Below are positions 13,101 to 27,308 of a DNA stretch of 64,000 nt, in pieces. Made by a program: the position numbers and the translations under genes. The stretch is from Vermamoeba vermiformis (lineage: Eukaryota). The notes below the pieces were generated by a model. That model saw nothing but the letters and a program-made list of their open reading frames with translations, did not search any database and was not told the origin of the DNA. The stretch is taken from NCBI GenBank assembly GCA_045837725.1, contig JBEWZL010000044.1, positions 372,001-436,000 on the forward strand, read 5' to 3'. Within the stretch, counting starts at the first letter, position 1. Each line of letters starts with the position of its first letter.

Positions 13101-16100
13101 TGAATGCAATGCCCTGGAACACGCCGTTCTTGGTGAAGAAGATGGTGTTGGTATTCTTCACCCAGCCACATCCGACAATGTCTCCTGCGCCGTAGCTCGC
13201 TCCGTAGTGTTCGCCCGAGGGAACTGCGCTGTCTTCGTGCGAGGCGTAGCGCGAACTCAGCTTGTGTCCGTGCTCGCTGTAGTAGCCGAAGCCTGCATTG
13301 GTGCCGGGCAGACCGAGGGCTGGCAGCGAGGAGTCGGAGGGCCAGAGTCCTATTGCAATCATGCCGTGACTGGTGCGGGGGTCAGTTGAGGGGTGCATAT
13401 AGACAATCACTAGACTAGGTACTTACTCATCGGAGCCCACGTCATCAATGCGCACCTCAAAGTAGAAGAGCGACACGGACTCGGGGATGGTGCTGTCAGC
13501 TTTGAGCAGCACAGCTTGCGCACTGTGTTCGATGGGCCCTACCACAGTGGCAGTGCGATTGAAGGACGACAGCCGCACCGAGGGGTGTTTGGTCTGCGAG
13601 TCACGTGCCCACCCTGACGGCAGTGCCACGAGGGCGGAGCTGTAGAGCGGAAAGAACGGATGTGAGAGCGAGAGACGGCCTGGTCGCGCATCACCGCGGG
13701 GAGTGAGCAGCGTGAACACATTGCGAATCGAACCGAGCTGCAGTGTGGGCGAGGAAGAGGTGAGCAGCGATTGCAACAATTGACGCATGGTGGCACTGGT
13801 GGCTTGAATGCCGCGCTCAATGTCATTGCACGCCCAAGCCTGTACCGTGCCGAGTATTTCAAACAGCAGCGTGACTATGCGCAGAGGCCACTGCGTGTCG
13901 TCATTGGGCCCTGGTGAGGACGGAGCTGTGGTGACAGGCAGCGGTGTGACGACAGGTGTGGGCGTGAGGGTGGCCGCTGAGCCCGATGAGGAGGGCGAGA
14001 GATTGAGGGGCTGGGGCTCAGTCTGCGAGGGCGAGGAGTCTGTGCCGTCAATGCTGCCGCGCGGAGTGCTGGGTGCTGAGCTGATCGGCGTCTGTGTGGG
14101 GGGTGTGAGCGGTGTGGGACCGAGGGTAGAGCTGCTCTTGCTGAGTGGCACTGTGCCACTAGATGTCGAGGAGGGTGGTGGCACTGGCATGCTGGCACTG
14201 AGTGGATTGGCGTTATTGCTCGGCGCGGTAGTAGTCGTGCTGGGTGTGACCACGACAGAGGGTATCTGCGAGAGCGAGACGAGGGGCTGGGCAGGAAGTG
14301 GTGGCACCAGCACGGGCACGACGCAATCAGGGGCGAGTGTGGTGAGCGGCAGAGCTGTGGAGAGCAAGCGCAGCACTAACTTCTGCGCGTCAAAGTGACC
14401 GGACGTCAAGTAGCGCGTCCAGACCTGTGTGAAGGGTGGCTTGAGCAAGCGCGTGGTGACGGACTCGGAGCTGTTAGTGCCACTCTCGCTCTCTTCGCTC
14501 TCACTCGCAATCGCTTCACGCCGCTTGGCATCGATGATGGTGAGCAGATAGAGCAGCCGCACGAGTTCTAGCTGCTGCAGACTCGGTCCACTCTCACTCG
14601 GCGCAGTGCTCGTGGTGCCTGTGCTGGCCGGAGCGAGACTAGTGCGCGGTGAGACGAGTGTGTCCTCGCTGTTGGTGCTCCACGTGTTGGCGAAGTCGTC
14701 GAGGTGTGCAGCCATGAGTTTGAAGAAAGACTCTTTGAGGCCCAGGATGCCCTTGTGGTGCGGATGATCGCTCTCATCGGGTGTTGTGATCGTGTTCACC
14801 ACCATCAGCTTGAAGATGATCTTCGCATTGAAGTGCAGACGTCGTCGTGCGCGCTTGTCCTCTTCGCTCTCTTGCTGCGGACCCATCCACGAGCGCATGA
14901 TCAGACGATACAAAATAGGAAATATGCGCACCGAATTGAGGAACAGATAGTCTGCTGGCTTGAAGCTCAGTGCCCACGAGTCCAGCGCGAGCAGCTGCAG
15001 ATTGAAGTCGTTGTTGTTGTCGCGCAACAAGATACTCAGCTCATTCATCAGTTCAGTGAATGCCGTGTTCACTGAAGAGAGCAGTCGTGCACCACAGCCC
15101 GCGAGGTGATTGGCGTAGTGATGGGGCCAGCTGTTCTTGACTTGCCCGCTGTTGCGCAATGAGGGGCCTAAGAAGCACAGCGCTTCTATCTTCATCGAGT
15201 TGAAGGACGCGCGTGCGAGCAGTGCTCTGATGGCCTGCAGACCCATGGCACGACTGTTGGCACGGGAGCGACGCAACAGCAAGACACGGCGAATGTCTTG
15301 CACGGTGATGGGACCCAAGAGCAGCTCCAACAGTGTCTTGCTGATGACGCGGCGCTGCTTTGAAGTAGCTGGCACAGCGCGCAAGTGGACCAACAGCTCA
15401 GCCTTGGCACTCACACTCAGCGTCAGTTCGCGCCACATCTCTTCTTTGCTCTTCGTGCTGTCGTCTACCTCGGCCACGGCTTGCATGCGACGCAACAGTG
15501 TCTCGCGTGCAGTGCGCATGGTGCTGATGAGATCGAGCAGTGCGGCACTCGGCACGGGCAGCTGTGCATTCAGCGACTGGTGCAGCTGCAGACCTGGCAC
15601 AACGAGTGCACTGCGCGCTACTGCAAATTCATAGGCAGCGCGCGCGATGGTCAGGTGTCGCAAGAGTGCTGCGAGTATGGCGCGCTCGATTGGGATGAGA
15701 TTGGTGATCTTGATGATGGTCTGACCCGACTTGTCTGCTATCCACTGCGCGAACAGGAGGCCGAGGCCGCGCCCTTCTTTCACATCGAGACAGAAATCGC
15801 GTTCTGGATCAGCGGACAGCGGCATCGTGTTCAGATTGACGGGTGCGCTGTTGACAGGTGTCAAAAGCTTGTCCACCACATCCTCGCTGAGTCCGCCCTG
15901 AAAGATGTCCTCGCTCAACAGCTTGTCGTACACTCGCTCCTCTTCAATGAGTGCCTCGCCGCTGATCAGTGCTGCAGCGAGGTGACCGACCAGCGAGCAG
16001 AGTGTCTTCTCGAGGTGAATGCTCCACGGCATGGTGATCTTGCGACTGTCGGACATGTTGCCCATCACAATGCAGCGGTAGCCCCAGCGCGTGTTGATGG

Positions 16101-19100
16101 CTTCATCGCGCGGCACTGCAGTGCTGGGTCCGTTCTCTGAATGGAAGTGCAGCATCACCGTGTCACCTGGCACCAGCACGCGTCGCTTGGGCCAGCGCGT
16201 CCTGTCACCGCTGTATCTGTCACCAATGGGCACGAAGGACGGTGCCTTGCTGGTGGGCTCGAGACCCACTAAATAGTACTGGCTGTCAGCGGGGTCTGCA
16301 CTGAATCCTGTGCCCGGGACATTGAGCTGTGGGATGCAGAGCTGCAAGTAGTCACGTGACTGCTGCGAGTAACAGCGCTCATCGAACACAATCGACAAGA
16401 ACACCGCACCAGGCACGCGCACAATCACTTTGGTGTCGACCCCCGAGGCATAAGGGTGCTGTGACTCGACGACTTGGTGCGGTGCTGGATTGGCAGTGCC
16501 GAGGTTGTTGAAGCTGGCCGAGTGCGGGGCATTGAACTCACCGCTGTTGAATGTGAGCGAGTCCCTGTTGCTGTTGTTGCGCGTGAGGGGTGCGGGCAGA
16601 TTGATGGAGCCAGGCCCCATGCTCAAGTGCGCAGTCTTGCGGTGCTGCAGCTTGGGATTGCTGTCAGTGCGCTTGGAGGAGTGATCGAAGTCAATGGCCA
16701 TGAGTCGATTGATCTGATCCACCGCTTGAATGAGATCGAGTAGCTGTGGCATGATCTGATGGGCGAGCCAGCAGTTGTTGGAGAACAAGAACAGCGTGTG
16801 CATCAGTGTGGGCATGAGCGAGCCCACCACTGACCACTGAATCTCCGTCAAGTGATCGGGTGTGAGCGCGGTGAGTGAGGCACTGAGCACGCGATCGAAC
16901 AGCTCTTTGAACTGCGTGGTAATGAGCTGCACGTAGATGATGAGTGCGCGTGCGGGTATGTCCGAGGCCGAGGAGTACTTCTCTGCGCGCAACAAGAGGT
17001 CTTTTTGAATGGCTTGCAACAGGGGCAGCACGGGGGACAGCCCACTGCTGTTGAGTTCGTGCGCCTCTTTGACCAGACGCGTGATCAGCGGCACGAACAG
17101 ATGCAGCGGATCAATCTTGGACTCCTCGGGTATCTTCTCCATGCCCGCTGCGTCCATTTCATCGTCGCTGGGGGGCAGCACGAGATAGGACGGTGAGCGG
17201 TGATTGACGAGCACATCGAACAGCGAGTGCAGCAACATCTTGGAGCCAATGCCGAGCTCGTTGTGCACTACACTGGTGGACTGCGTGAGCAACTTCAAGA
17301 TGAAGCGCGCTTGTTCGGTGTGCGAGGGGTAGAACACTTCCAGACCCACTGTGAGCACGTCACACGCCTCCGACTGTATCTTCAGCATCAGTCGTGCGCA
17401 CTGTTCGTTGCGCGTGAGTTGTTTGTCGAGCGGTGCCTCGCTGATGAAATAGAGCAGCAGCTCACGAATGGACATGAGCAAGTTGTACTCGCGAGGCTTG
17501 GGCGAGGTGATGCCACTGTCTTCATCGAACAGACTCAGTGGCGGAGGGGCGAGGTTGATGTCGCGCGGGTGAATTTGATTCGCTGCCAGTCTGGTATACA
17601 TATGGTTAGCTCATTCATGAAACACAAATATACCGTATACCTGTGAATGTTGACTTTGAGAATGCGCAGACAATAGAGAGTGATCTGCAAGGGACGAGTG
17701 ATGTCCGGCACAGCTTCATTCTGAGCCTGCAGACTGGACTGCTGCAAGATCTGGTGCAACAGCTCATAGGTCTGACCGTGCACCTCCACGCAGAATGGTT
17801 CGCGCAGACTCGAGTGTCGCGAGGACGAGGTGGTGTTGGGCTTGCTGAAGTTGTTGAACAGATTGCTCTCGCGGTGCTTGCCCTCGCTCGAATTGGGCAT
17901 GGACTCCACGGAGAAGCGCGACAGGACTTGCAAGATGAGCTGCGCAATCTCCAAGGGCTGCAAATCTCGTCCTTCAGGGGGCAGTGCGACTTGATCGTCA
18001 TTGCTGCGCCGACTGCGCTTCAATTTGGGGAAGTGATGCTTGGGTGCAATGCCTTCATTCACGTACCAGGCCACTTCGAGCTCTGAACTCGAATACGACC
18101 AGATGACATTGTTCACGTGATCGTAACACACTGCCGGGCCTGCGTGCGAGAGATTGAATTAATGACTATATTAGGAAATAGTGCCAGCAACACTCACCAA
18201 TCGGCGTGTCAATAGGGAAATTTCCGACAAGAGTTCCATCGCGCAGATTGAAGCAGCGACAGATGTACGTTTGATTATCAAAGTTATATTCAGTGGCTAG
18301 AGGCGGGGGCACGACGACCATTAAATATTGACCGTTCGTGTAAAATGACGCCTTGTCCACACATTGTGCGCTGAGTACTGGTGCGGAAAAACTAGAGAAT
18401 TCTTTGCATTGACATGAGCTAATTAGTGCACGAACTAGACTTGACAATTATAAGGATTGCGTACCAGAATCAGGATAGCGCAGTTCGATGCGAGTGATGT
18501 GTCGCCAATCGACGAGTGGGTCATATATATCCACACAATACGAGCCCTGGCGACCTCCGCCCAACAGACCAATCACGTAGATCAATCGCCCGTCGCTGAT
18601 CACGGGAGTGCGCGATGAAGGGGACTCGGGCTTGACGAGCAGACCTGTGTGCAGTGTTGGACTGGGCAGGTCTTCGAGGCCCAATGTGACGAGTTTGATG
18701 CTGCTCGGAGTGGTCACGTAACTGCGCCAGACGAGCAGACTCGTGCCCACCACTGCCATTGAGCCGCGGTCAGCTGGCCAGTCCGAACGACGTGCGTAGA
18801 TACGACCCTGCAGTGTGCCTTGCAGTCCAGTCCCGACTTTGACGAGTCCGGAGCCGTCGTGCAGGTAGAGATATGCCCCGTCGGTGGCGAGACTCGGGGG
18901 TGATTCGGGATCACTGCGGGCCACTGTCATAATCTCCGACCATGAGATCGACCACGTGCCTGCAACATGTCAACAAGTGTCACATCAACACGCATACAGT
19001 GCTGTACGTACCACACAAGTTCTCGCGTTTGAGAGGACTGAGCGGCAGTTCAATGCGCCAGTCACACAACTTCTGCAGCATGGAGGTGATGTGCAGCGGG

Positions 19101-20231
19101 AATTGCGCGGCTTCTTTGTTCTGATCGCCGCTCTCTTTGTTCAACAAGGCAGCTATTACATTGAGAATACGGCGCAATGAACCCTGAGCGAGTGCGAGGC
19201 CAATGAGTGATTCGAGTGCCTTGCTCTTCACTTGTACATCCGCGCCACTCTCAAAGCGAGAGAGCAGCCAGCTGCGAAATGCATCGAGACAGTCTTCAGG
19301 CTCGTCTTTCAATGACAATAGCGGCAGTTCGTGCAGCAGTTCATTCAACGTGTCGATCAGTCGCACGTCGCGAGTACTGCTGATCTGCTCGCGCAAGAGT
19401 GCTACGAACATGCGTACAGTCATTCGTACAATACTGGGCACGTTCTGCTTTGACGCAGCGAATGCAGTGTCCGGATAAATACGTACGTCACCGATCTAAA
19501 GCACAGTTAGTTAAAGGTACACAGATCAATCGAAAAGATTTTCTCAAGCATGAGAATGGAAATCAATTTAAACTGCACCGATGAATCGATATCTTGTTCG
19601 TCAAATATTGTTAAAGCTCCGCATTATTGTATTGAAATGGGGAGCTCGGATCCAGTTTCGGAAATTTCAGAAAACAAGCAATTATTTGAATAGGAATGCC
19701 GTGAATGTCATATCAATACAATATAACTGATGTAATATGCATTCAAATCTGAAATTACTAACATTTCAATTGAAAATTTGCTAACCAAAAATTTAAAATG
19801 AAATAATTTCTTACCTGATCTCGAGCCCGTTCACGATTAAGGGCTAAATATATTCGCTTAATTATATACAAACGTTTTTTCAATATTGTCTCAAAATACT
19901 CCGATCTGACGGAGGAAGTGGCAAGTTGGTCGACTAATGACGAGATTATCGCTTGTTCTACGCGCTGTTCATCGACCATGCCGAAATATAACATATCGTC
20001 GAGCTTCAATTTGCTTTCTGCGACTTCATTGAACTGCTGGTCATTAGTGCTGCTTGTCTCCTCCACATCTGAGTTAGTATTGAGCATGTAGTACTTCTCA
20101 TTGGTGAATGTGTCATTAAATAAGTTCTCTTCAGGCACATTGAGCCAGATCTTGTCTTCAACGCTGGTTTGTGTCAGCACGGAGGGTGACAGATCAAAGG
20201 CTCCTTCGGGCTTCTTCTGACTATTGCCCAT
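7132..20231 (-). CDS. Giant HECT E3 ubiquitin ligase (HECTD4-like) with SPRY, PH and CUB-like repeats; roughly 4,000 aa, multi-exon
   Basis: C-terminal HECT domain (FENEGADDAGGPYRE, FEFLGKLMGIALR, LLLRFVWGRSRLP, catalytic LPEAQTCFFSLSLP). SPRY (FYFEV, YGAGDIVGCG, IFFTKNG, YYPAVGL, VNFGQMPFRY). PH domain at ~10915-11225. SLATDGAYLY..KVGTGLQGTLQG motif as in HECTD4/MYCBP2-type ligases. Consecutive minus-strand ORFs are joined by short GT-AG introns. Confidence 0.9.
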
Positions 20232-20440
20232 TCTTCGCTAAGCGAATGGATATAATATATATACTAAAATGAATATTTACACGTAATTCCGTTCTCTTCT
20301 CTTCTCGCGCACGTACATTTCGAGATAAATAAACGGGGTGTGAAAAAATTTCAATTTTGTCCTTCGCTCACAATCGCGTGCGTTATTTTACTATAATTAT
20401 ATTGTCAATAGCAGCTACATGCGCAAATAATTAAATCATC

Positions 20441-21692
20441 ATGTTGCGTCATATTGCCAAAAAAGTTTACGCTGCCCAACAGATCCGCACTTATTGTTCA
20501 AACTCGAGACAGATATTTGACCGTGAAACTAAGAAAAAGCAGCGCGATAGAACAGCATTATTAGAGAATAGCAAAGATTTTGATTATTTGCGCGAGGAAA
20601 TTGCAAGCAGTTTGTTGGATCGGCTAGATGTATGAAAACTACTTTCAAAAATTCGTTTTAATTTAAAATAATTGGATAATATGCGCTACACATACACATA
20701 AATACGAAAATAATAGCAAATATTTTTTAGGATGTGCTGGACAGAGAATTTCCTGTGGCAGCTGATCTGGGCTCACTGACAGGCGTGAATTTAAAGCACA
20801 TTCAAGACAAGGGCGGCATTAAAAAGCTGTTTCAAGTAGAACTATCAGGTACGTCCTATAATACACACTATTTGAATAACACGATTTTCAATCAGAGAAA
20901 ATGCTGCGACGCGATGAAAAAGACGACGCCAAGTATGAACGTAAGCGAAAAGTACTTTGAAAGATGTTAATTAATTGCGTACAATATTAGTTAAACCAAT
21001 TCGTGTTGTTGGTGACGAGGAATTCGTTCCGTTCAAGGCCAAGTCGCTGGATCTGATCTTCAGCAACCTCAGTTTGCACTGGGTAAACGATCTACCTGGC
21101 TCACTAATTCAAATTCGACACACTCTTAAAGAGGATGGTCTATTCTTGGCTGCAATGCTCGGCGAGAACACGCTGATTGAGCTGCGCAATTCATTTTACT
21201 TGGCAGAACAAGAGCGCGAAGGAGGACTCAGCCCGCACGTGTCGCCCTTCGCAGGAGTGGCGGACATGGGCAACTTACTCACTCGCGCTGGATTTGCACT
21301 GCCTACAGTCGATACAGAGTCCTTTACGATTCGCTACAAAGATCCGTGGGTGTTGTTTTCAGATCTGCGTGCCATGGGTGAATCAAATGCGATCTCGAAG
21401 CGCAGATTATACACACCTCCATCTACGCTAATGGCAGCAGCAGCGGCGTATCAAGCGATGTACGGTGCAGCAGATGGATCGATTCCAGCTACATTTCAAG
21501 TACGTTAGTTCACCTCCTAATTGTAATTTACCAGGCTCTAATGATGACCATAATTAGGTTGTATATATGATTGGTTGGGCTCCGTCAAAGAATCAGCCAC
21601 AACCCAAAAAGCGTGGCTCAGCGACGCATTCCTTAAAAGATATCGAAAATATTACGACAGGAGGGTGTCGCAAAGATTTATCTAACAAATAA
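20441..21692 (+). CDS. NDUFAF5: Mitochondrial complex I assembly factor 5 (SAM-dependent methyltransferase fold)
   Basis: IFDRETKKKQRDR, DYLREEIASSLLDRL, SLDLIFSNLSLHWVNDLPG, EQEREGGLSPHVSP, DLRAMGESNA, IPATFQVVYMIGW..QPQPKKRGSA. Basic N-terminal presequence. Confidence 0.95.
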
Positions 21693-21730
21693 TAAATGTG
21701 ACATTAATCAACACTCTGGGTGTGATTAGC

Positions 21731-23087
21731 TTAGATGCCGAGGATGTGGAAGGCAACGTCCTAAATATGGGTCATTAATATCACGCAAACTACAATTATC
21801 AATTAACTAAATTATTTCAAACAATTACGAGCCATTAAATAGGGTTAATTATGACATACCTTCTCTTCCTTGAGTTCGTTGTAAGTGTCAGTCATCTTCT
21901 TGCGCGAGAACTCGTCCACGCTGAGGCCCTGCACAATTTCGTACTTGCCGTTCTTGCAGCGGACAGGGAAGGAGTAGATGACACCTTCAGGGATCTCGTA
22001 AGAACCGTCAGACATCACGGCCATGGATACAAATTCGTTGTCAGCAGTGCCGAAGATCCAGTCGCGCAAGTGATCGATGATGGCATTGGCAGCAGAGACC
22101 GCGGATGAGGCACCGCGCGCGTTGATGATGGCAGCACCACGTTGTTGCACAGTGCTGATGAATTCACCGTGCAACCAGTCCTGGTCATTCACGGCCTGAG
22201 TGATGGCTTGGCCGTTGACAGTGCCGTGCGAGACATCGGGGTATTGAGTGCTGCTGTGATTGCCCCAAATGATGACGTTCTTCACGCTTTGCACGGTAGC
22301 ATTGGCACGACGAGCCAAGAGTGACTTGGCGCGGTTGTGATCGAGACGTGTCAAAGCACTGAAGTTTTGTGGGCCAAGATTGGGAGCGGACTTGAGGGCG
22401 ATCAAACAGTTGGTATTTGCGGGGTTACCGACGACCAACACCTTGACGTCCTTCTTGGCGTAATCGCTCAATGCGCGGCCTTGTTCCTTGAAAATACCGC
22501 AGTTCTTTTCGAGGAGATCCTTGCGCTCCATACCAGGTCTGCGAGGGAAAGCACCGACCATGATGCAAATATCGATATTTTCGAAGGCAGTCTTGAGGTC
22601 AGTAGTAGCCACAACACCTAAATATTTAGAGGGAATTTAACTTATTTGTTTACGATCCGCTCAGGGTAAAGTACTTTACAAATTTGCCGTCAAAAAATAC
22701 TTAAATAATGTACAATAATATCCACAATTATACAGGATCCTAAATACCAATGTTGCAAAATGAAAAATTTTTCGATCGAATAATTCGTGAATTGATTAGA
22801 TAATTATATTACCCTTCAACAATGGGAAAGCGCAATCTTCCAACTCCATGACAGTGCCATCGAGTTGTTTTTGCATGGGAGCAATATCAAGCATATGCAA
22901 GATGACAGGTTGATCAGGACCCAAGAGGTCACCACGAGCAACAGCAGTGACGAGCACGTAGCCGATTTGACCGGCAGCACCAGTAACGAGAATTCGCTTG
23001 GCTTCCTTGGACTAGAAAAGCATAGTCATTAAAGCTGGTCAGGTATACCTAGGAAGGTCTGAAATTGTTTAGTAGATGACTTACCAT
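21731..23087 (-). CDS. MDH1: Cytosolic malate dehydrogenase
   Basis: [73 protein letters not shown]. First coding exon is the ATG alone (23085-23087); last exon encodes DVAFHILGI*. Confidence 0.96.
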
Positions 23088-23284
23088 TGTATGAGTTGTG
23101 GAGTTGTGTTTGGATTGAAGAGTGAATGGTAAATTAAACAACACCGCTTGATAAAACAAATCACGCTCGTCCTTGGGAATTTCACTAAAATTTGGCTTGT
23201 TGAAATTATCAATTTTAACTTCGTCTGTACAAATCGGCCGTATTATTTACAATATTAACAATCTACAATTCTAAATACATTGGT

Positions 23285-26200
23285 CTAGTCGCGCTGGTTG
23301 TGATTCTCGTTCTGTCCCAAGAGCTGCGGCAGACAAGTGAACAGCACATTCATGTCTTTCTCCATCTCAAACAGTCGCTCCAACCACGCTACGATTATTC
23401 ATTAGTCACATCTTTAAGACATTACCAACAAGTACCTTCACGTTTCGAATTGAGTTTGAGCGCGTGTGCGTACTGTTCAAGCCGTTGTTTCTGTTTGGCG
23501 GCAATGTCGCTGATCTGTCGCGCACTCCACTGTGGCAGCGGCTGTTCGGTCTTGACTGGCGCGGTCTGCACTCCTTCGCGTCTGAACTGGTAGTAGAACT
23601 GCTTGCCTGGGGGATTCCACACCATCTCTTGAACCTCCTACTCGTTGTTAATACTACACCAATCAGAGTTGGCCGAATTTACCCTTTGAGGATCAGTGTA
23701 CACGAGATACACCGGTACTGAGAGCAGATCTGGATCGTTGGGTAAAAAATCGAGTGCTGGTGTGATAGCCCAATAGCAATTCTAACCGTAACACCCTTGT
23801 TAGTGACAAGTCATATTACGCAGCGGTATTACCTTCTCGGGATCAAATGTTGTTTTAGCAATGTGATCGCCAAACGCGACTTTAATTTGCAGATATTTTT
23901 CGCGATCTTGACAGCCATCGCAATAGACAAACACGAGAGTACCACCATTAGCAGAACCTAATTCATTGTAAGAGTCAATAAGTGCATTAATTAAGTGGTA
24001 AACGTACCTCTGTTCGGTGTCACATTAGTGATGAGTGGATAGCCGTGCACCGAGACTTGACTGGAGTAATTGCCGTGCTCCGCATCTGCGCCTTCATCGA
24101 TAGAGTGCGTCTTCTCTGCGTCAGAATGATCGTCGTGTCGCGGCAGTGGTTGCGGACTCGAGTCACCGATCAATTCCTCCTCCTCTTCGTATTCATTGTC
24201 GTCCATGTACTCGTCTTGTTCTACTGCCTGCTCTTCACCGTCCTCAAACTGCAGTGCATTGGGCTGCACTGACATCGGATTGTTCACGTCAATGGTGAGT
24301 GATTTGTTCAGGTCATTGTGCTTGGTGTCGTACGGTGTGGGGAAGAACGCGCCTTCTTGTTCGCCTTGTCCCTCTGGCTCTTGCAAATCAGCCGCGACAG
24401 GTATTTCGTTGTCGTACTCTTCTTCTACGGGCAGTTCTTGTTCGTTGTAAAGATCTTCCTGATATTCCATTTGCTCTTCTGCGCCATAGACATCTGGCTC
24501 GTGATACTCGGGCACGGGTGCAACTGCGTTGTAGGGTCGCTGTGACGGTAGTCGCTCCCTGGTCTGCGATCGTATTTGACTGTGGAACAACGCTTGTGAA
24601 GGCTCGCTGTTATTGTTGCTGTTGCTGTTCAAGCGCTGCGAAGTGACCATCCACTCAATGTCCAGTGAAATGGGCTCGGAGTCCTTTCGTTCCAAAACTG
24701 GTTGTCGTGCCTGGCCTTCACTTCGATCGAGCTTTTTCTTCTTTGTCGGACTCGAGTGCTTGGTCTTGTGTTCAACGGGGCGAGGTCTTTTCTTGTCTTC
24801 GGTGCTCTTAGGTGTCTCGATGACAGGTTTGATGCTGCGCGACGGCAACTTCTTCTTCGGTGATTTTTGCTTAGCAATATTGGTGCGCGTCTTCTCTGGC
24901 TCAAAGTGCATTAGTGCACCAGGGACAAAGGACGAATCTGCCAGTCGATTGGTAGTTTTGGTACTCCGCGGTGGTTGAAACATGAACTCGTCGGACAGTG
25001 ACTCGGACGATGAAGATGACACGCGTGCTTTGGTCTTGCTTGGAGGCGCTGCTTTCTTCTTCACAGCTGTCTTCTTTGTCTTAACCTGTCGCACATCGTC
25101 ACTTGTGTTTTCACTGCCAGTATTCTGTTCTACGCTGTCAGCCAGTGGTTCTAATCCAACAGGAGCTGCGAGTACTCGTCGCATGGTCTGTGCGGCTTCA
25201 ACTAATGAGTCTGCTTTGCCTCTATTGGGCTTGTTGATGACAGTTTTGAAATCACTCGCCGCAGTCACAAACTTGTTCTTCGGAGGACCCATCAATATCT
25301 GTCCTGAATGCGACAAAGGGTTTTTGTGTGGTGTAGATGCAGCGATGGTGCGTGAGCTGCCTTGTGTCTGCGAGGGTACAAACACATTCGAGGTTTGTGA
25401 GGGTACATTGCGCGGAGCTGGCACGGACTCTGCAGTCTTTGGTGGTGCTTGATCCGCACTGAGATCTATCGGCCCAGTGTGAAGATGTTCTTCGAGATTG
25501 AACACAAAGGCCATCTCCGAGAGACGAGCTTGTATCTTGTAGCACTCTTCGACCCACTGTTTGACGACTAAGAGAGGCTTGCTGCGCATTGTCAACAAGC
25601 GAGATATTGTTCTCAGTTGTCTGAAGGATCGTTAAGCTCAGGTGCAGTACATAATAATGTAGTACGTACGATTTGGAGGAGTCTCCAATGACTACATGCG
25701 TGACATTTGAGATGTGATCGACGGCCAGGTCAATGCACTTGCCACCCATCTGTCGCACCATGTTCTGAAACAGTTCTGACACTTCATCTGCAAAGCCGCA
25801 CAAGTACAACGAACAGTCAGCGAGCGGTCTCTTCTCACTCTCCGGCACTGACTTGATCACAGGCTGCGAGGCCGTGACGCTCTTGTGCGCGGTGTGTTGC
25901 GTGACTTGCGAGCAGGCAGGAGTGGCGTTCTTGTACTTCTGCACCAAGTCGCGGGGAGTGGCAGGCATCAATGAGGACGCCAGGCCGTTGATGTTGCTGA
26001 CCACTGAACTCGCAGGTGGTGTCAAGAGCTCTTTAGAATTGTCCGCGCTGAAGTAGCTTTGTGCTGTCAGCTGTGACTGACGCAGTTGTGACGGTGCAGG
26101 CAAGGCCAATTGATTTTTAGCTGCTTGAATCACAAACTTGTCTTCTGGCAGAGCAACTGAAAGACCAATTCGGTGAGTTCATATACTAGTGTCACCGCTG

Positions 26201-27308
26201 CACTTACATCCCTTTTCGACTGATTTGAAGAACCAATCAGTGTGCAGAATGGGAATGTTGAGCTTGGTCACGGCGAATTGGACTTTCAAGGACGAGACTG
26301 TCTAACAATGGGCAGTGAGAACGACTTCATTTATTAGCGTTATTGGTGGCACACACCTCGGCCAACAAGTGCGTGCAAGACCGGTCCAGTGCAGCGCTAA
26401 ATTCACCTCCGTGTGCGATGGTGAGTGCTTTGATTTCATTGCGCTTCTCCAACTCCACTCCCGTCACGCACAGTGTCAGGCCAGAAAAGCAGTCGAGCAG
26501 GTAGTCTCTCTCGTCTAACACCTCACCGACCTTGGACCAGCGATCAAACAGCTAAGTGGTTGTTAGCAATGCTACTCGTATTATAATGTGTAGTATTATT
26601 ACCCATTGAGGCCGCAAGATTTTAATGCCCAGAGCTGCAGCTGTCTAATCATCACGTGGTCAGTATCAACACTAAGTTGCCATCAATCTCTGCGTACCTG
26701 ATACGAGTCACAGCGCACAGTGTCTGCGATTAGGTGCGTCACTTCGCTGTTCAGTACTGGTGCGTACTTGGCATTCATCAGTCGCGATACAGTGCTCATG
26801 TTGTCGCGCACAACTGGCTTAAAACCTTCAATACACACTATTGAGCCCTCCAGCGCTCGACTGAAAATGGGGTGATAGCGTCCTGGTCCTTGCGAGGCAC
26901 TTTCCATTTTAGGCAATGGCTTTTGGAGCTTAACGCTGTCAAACACGCAAGGCAACGCTACAAAAGGTCGGCTTTTTTTAAAATTAAATATTCGCGTACC
27001 AATAAGCGGATACCCTTTCTCGCACAACTCTTCAAACTCTTCCTGCAATGCAAAAATCAACCAAGAAATTCTCAGAATAATTTAATTAAATTGAATTTTA
27101 GTAATATTGTATTAGCCTATTTAATGCTGCTTACCCCAGTAAAATAATGTACTAAATGAAATACATCATAATTTGATTCCTCGACAATTGTCGCTCCATG
27201 CTGACGGATGAGATCGCACACTTCGGTAAATTCCTCGTCTGTAAATAATTCTTTGCACACGCGAACTCGCTGCGTGGCAAAACATGGTGTGCTACTCATT
27301 GTGGCCAT
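23285..27308 (-). CDS. TopBP1/Rad4-like multi-BRCT protein with an acidic linker and C-terminal IPT/TIG-like domain
   Basis: About four N-terminal BRCT repeats (LEGSIVCIEG..VTHLIA..ILRPQW; FSGLTLCVTG..HGGEF..CTHLLA..ILHTDW; LADCSLYLCGF..MGG..VTHVVIG..VVKQWVEEC). A low-complexity middle is followed by PLITNVTPNRGSANGGTLVFVY after splicing. Confidence 0.8.

Noticed and set aside
8086-18086. Many long plus-strand ORFs (e.g. 12430-13389, 9081-9830, 15385-16140)
   Set aside because: They lie antisense to the GC-rich HECT gene, have no recognisable motifs, and are expected from codon bias.
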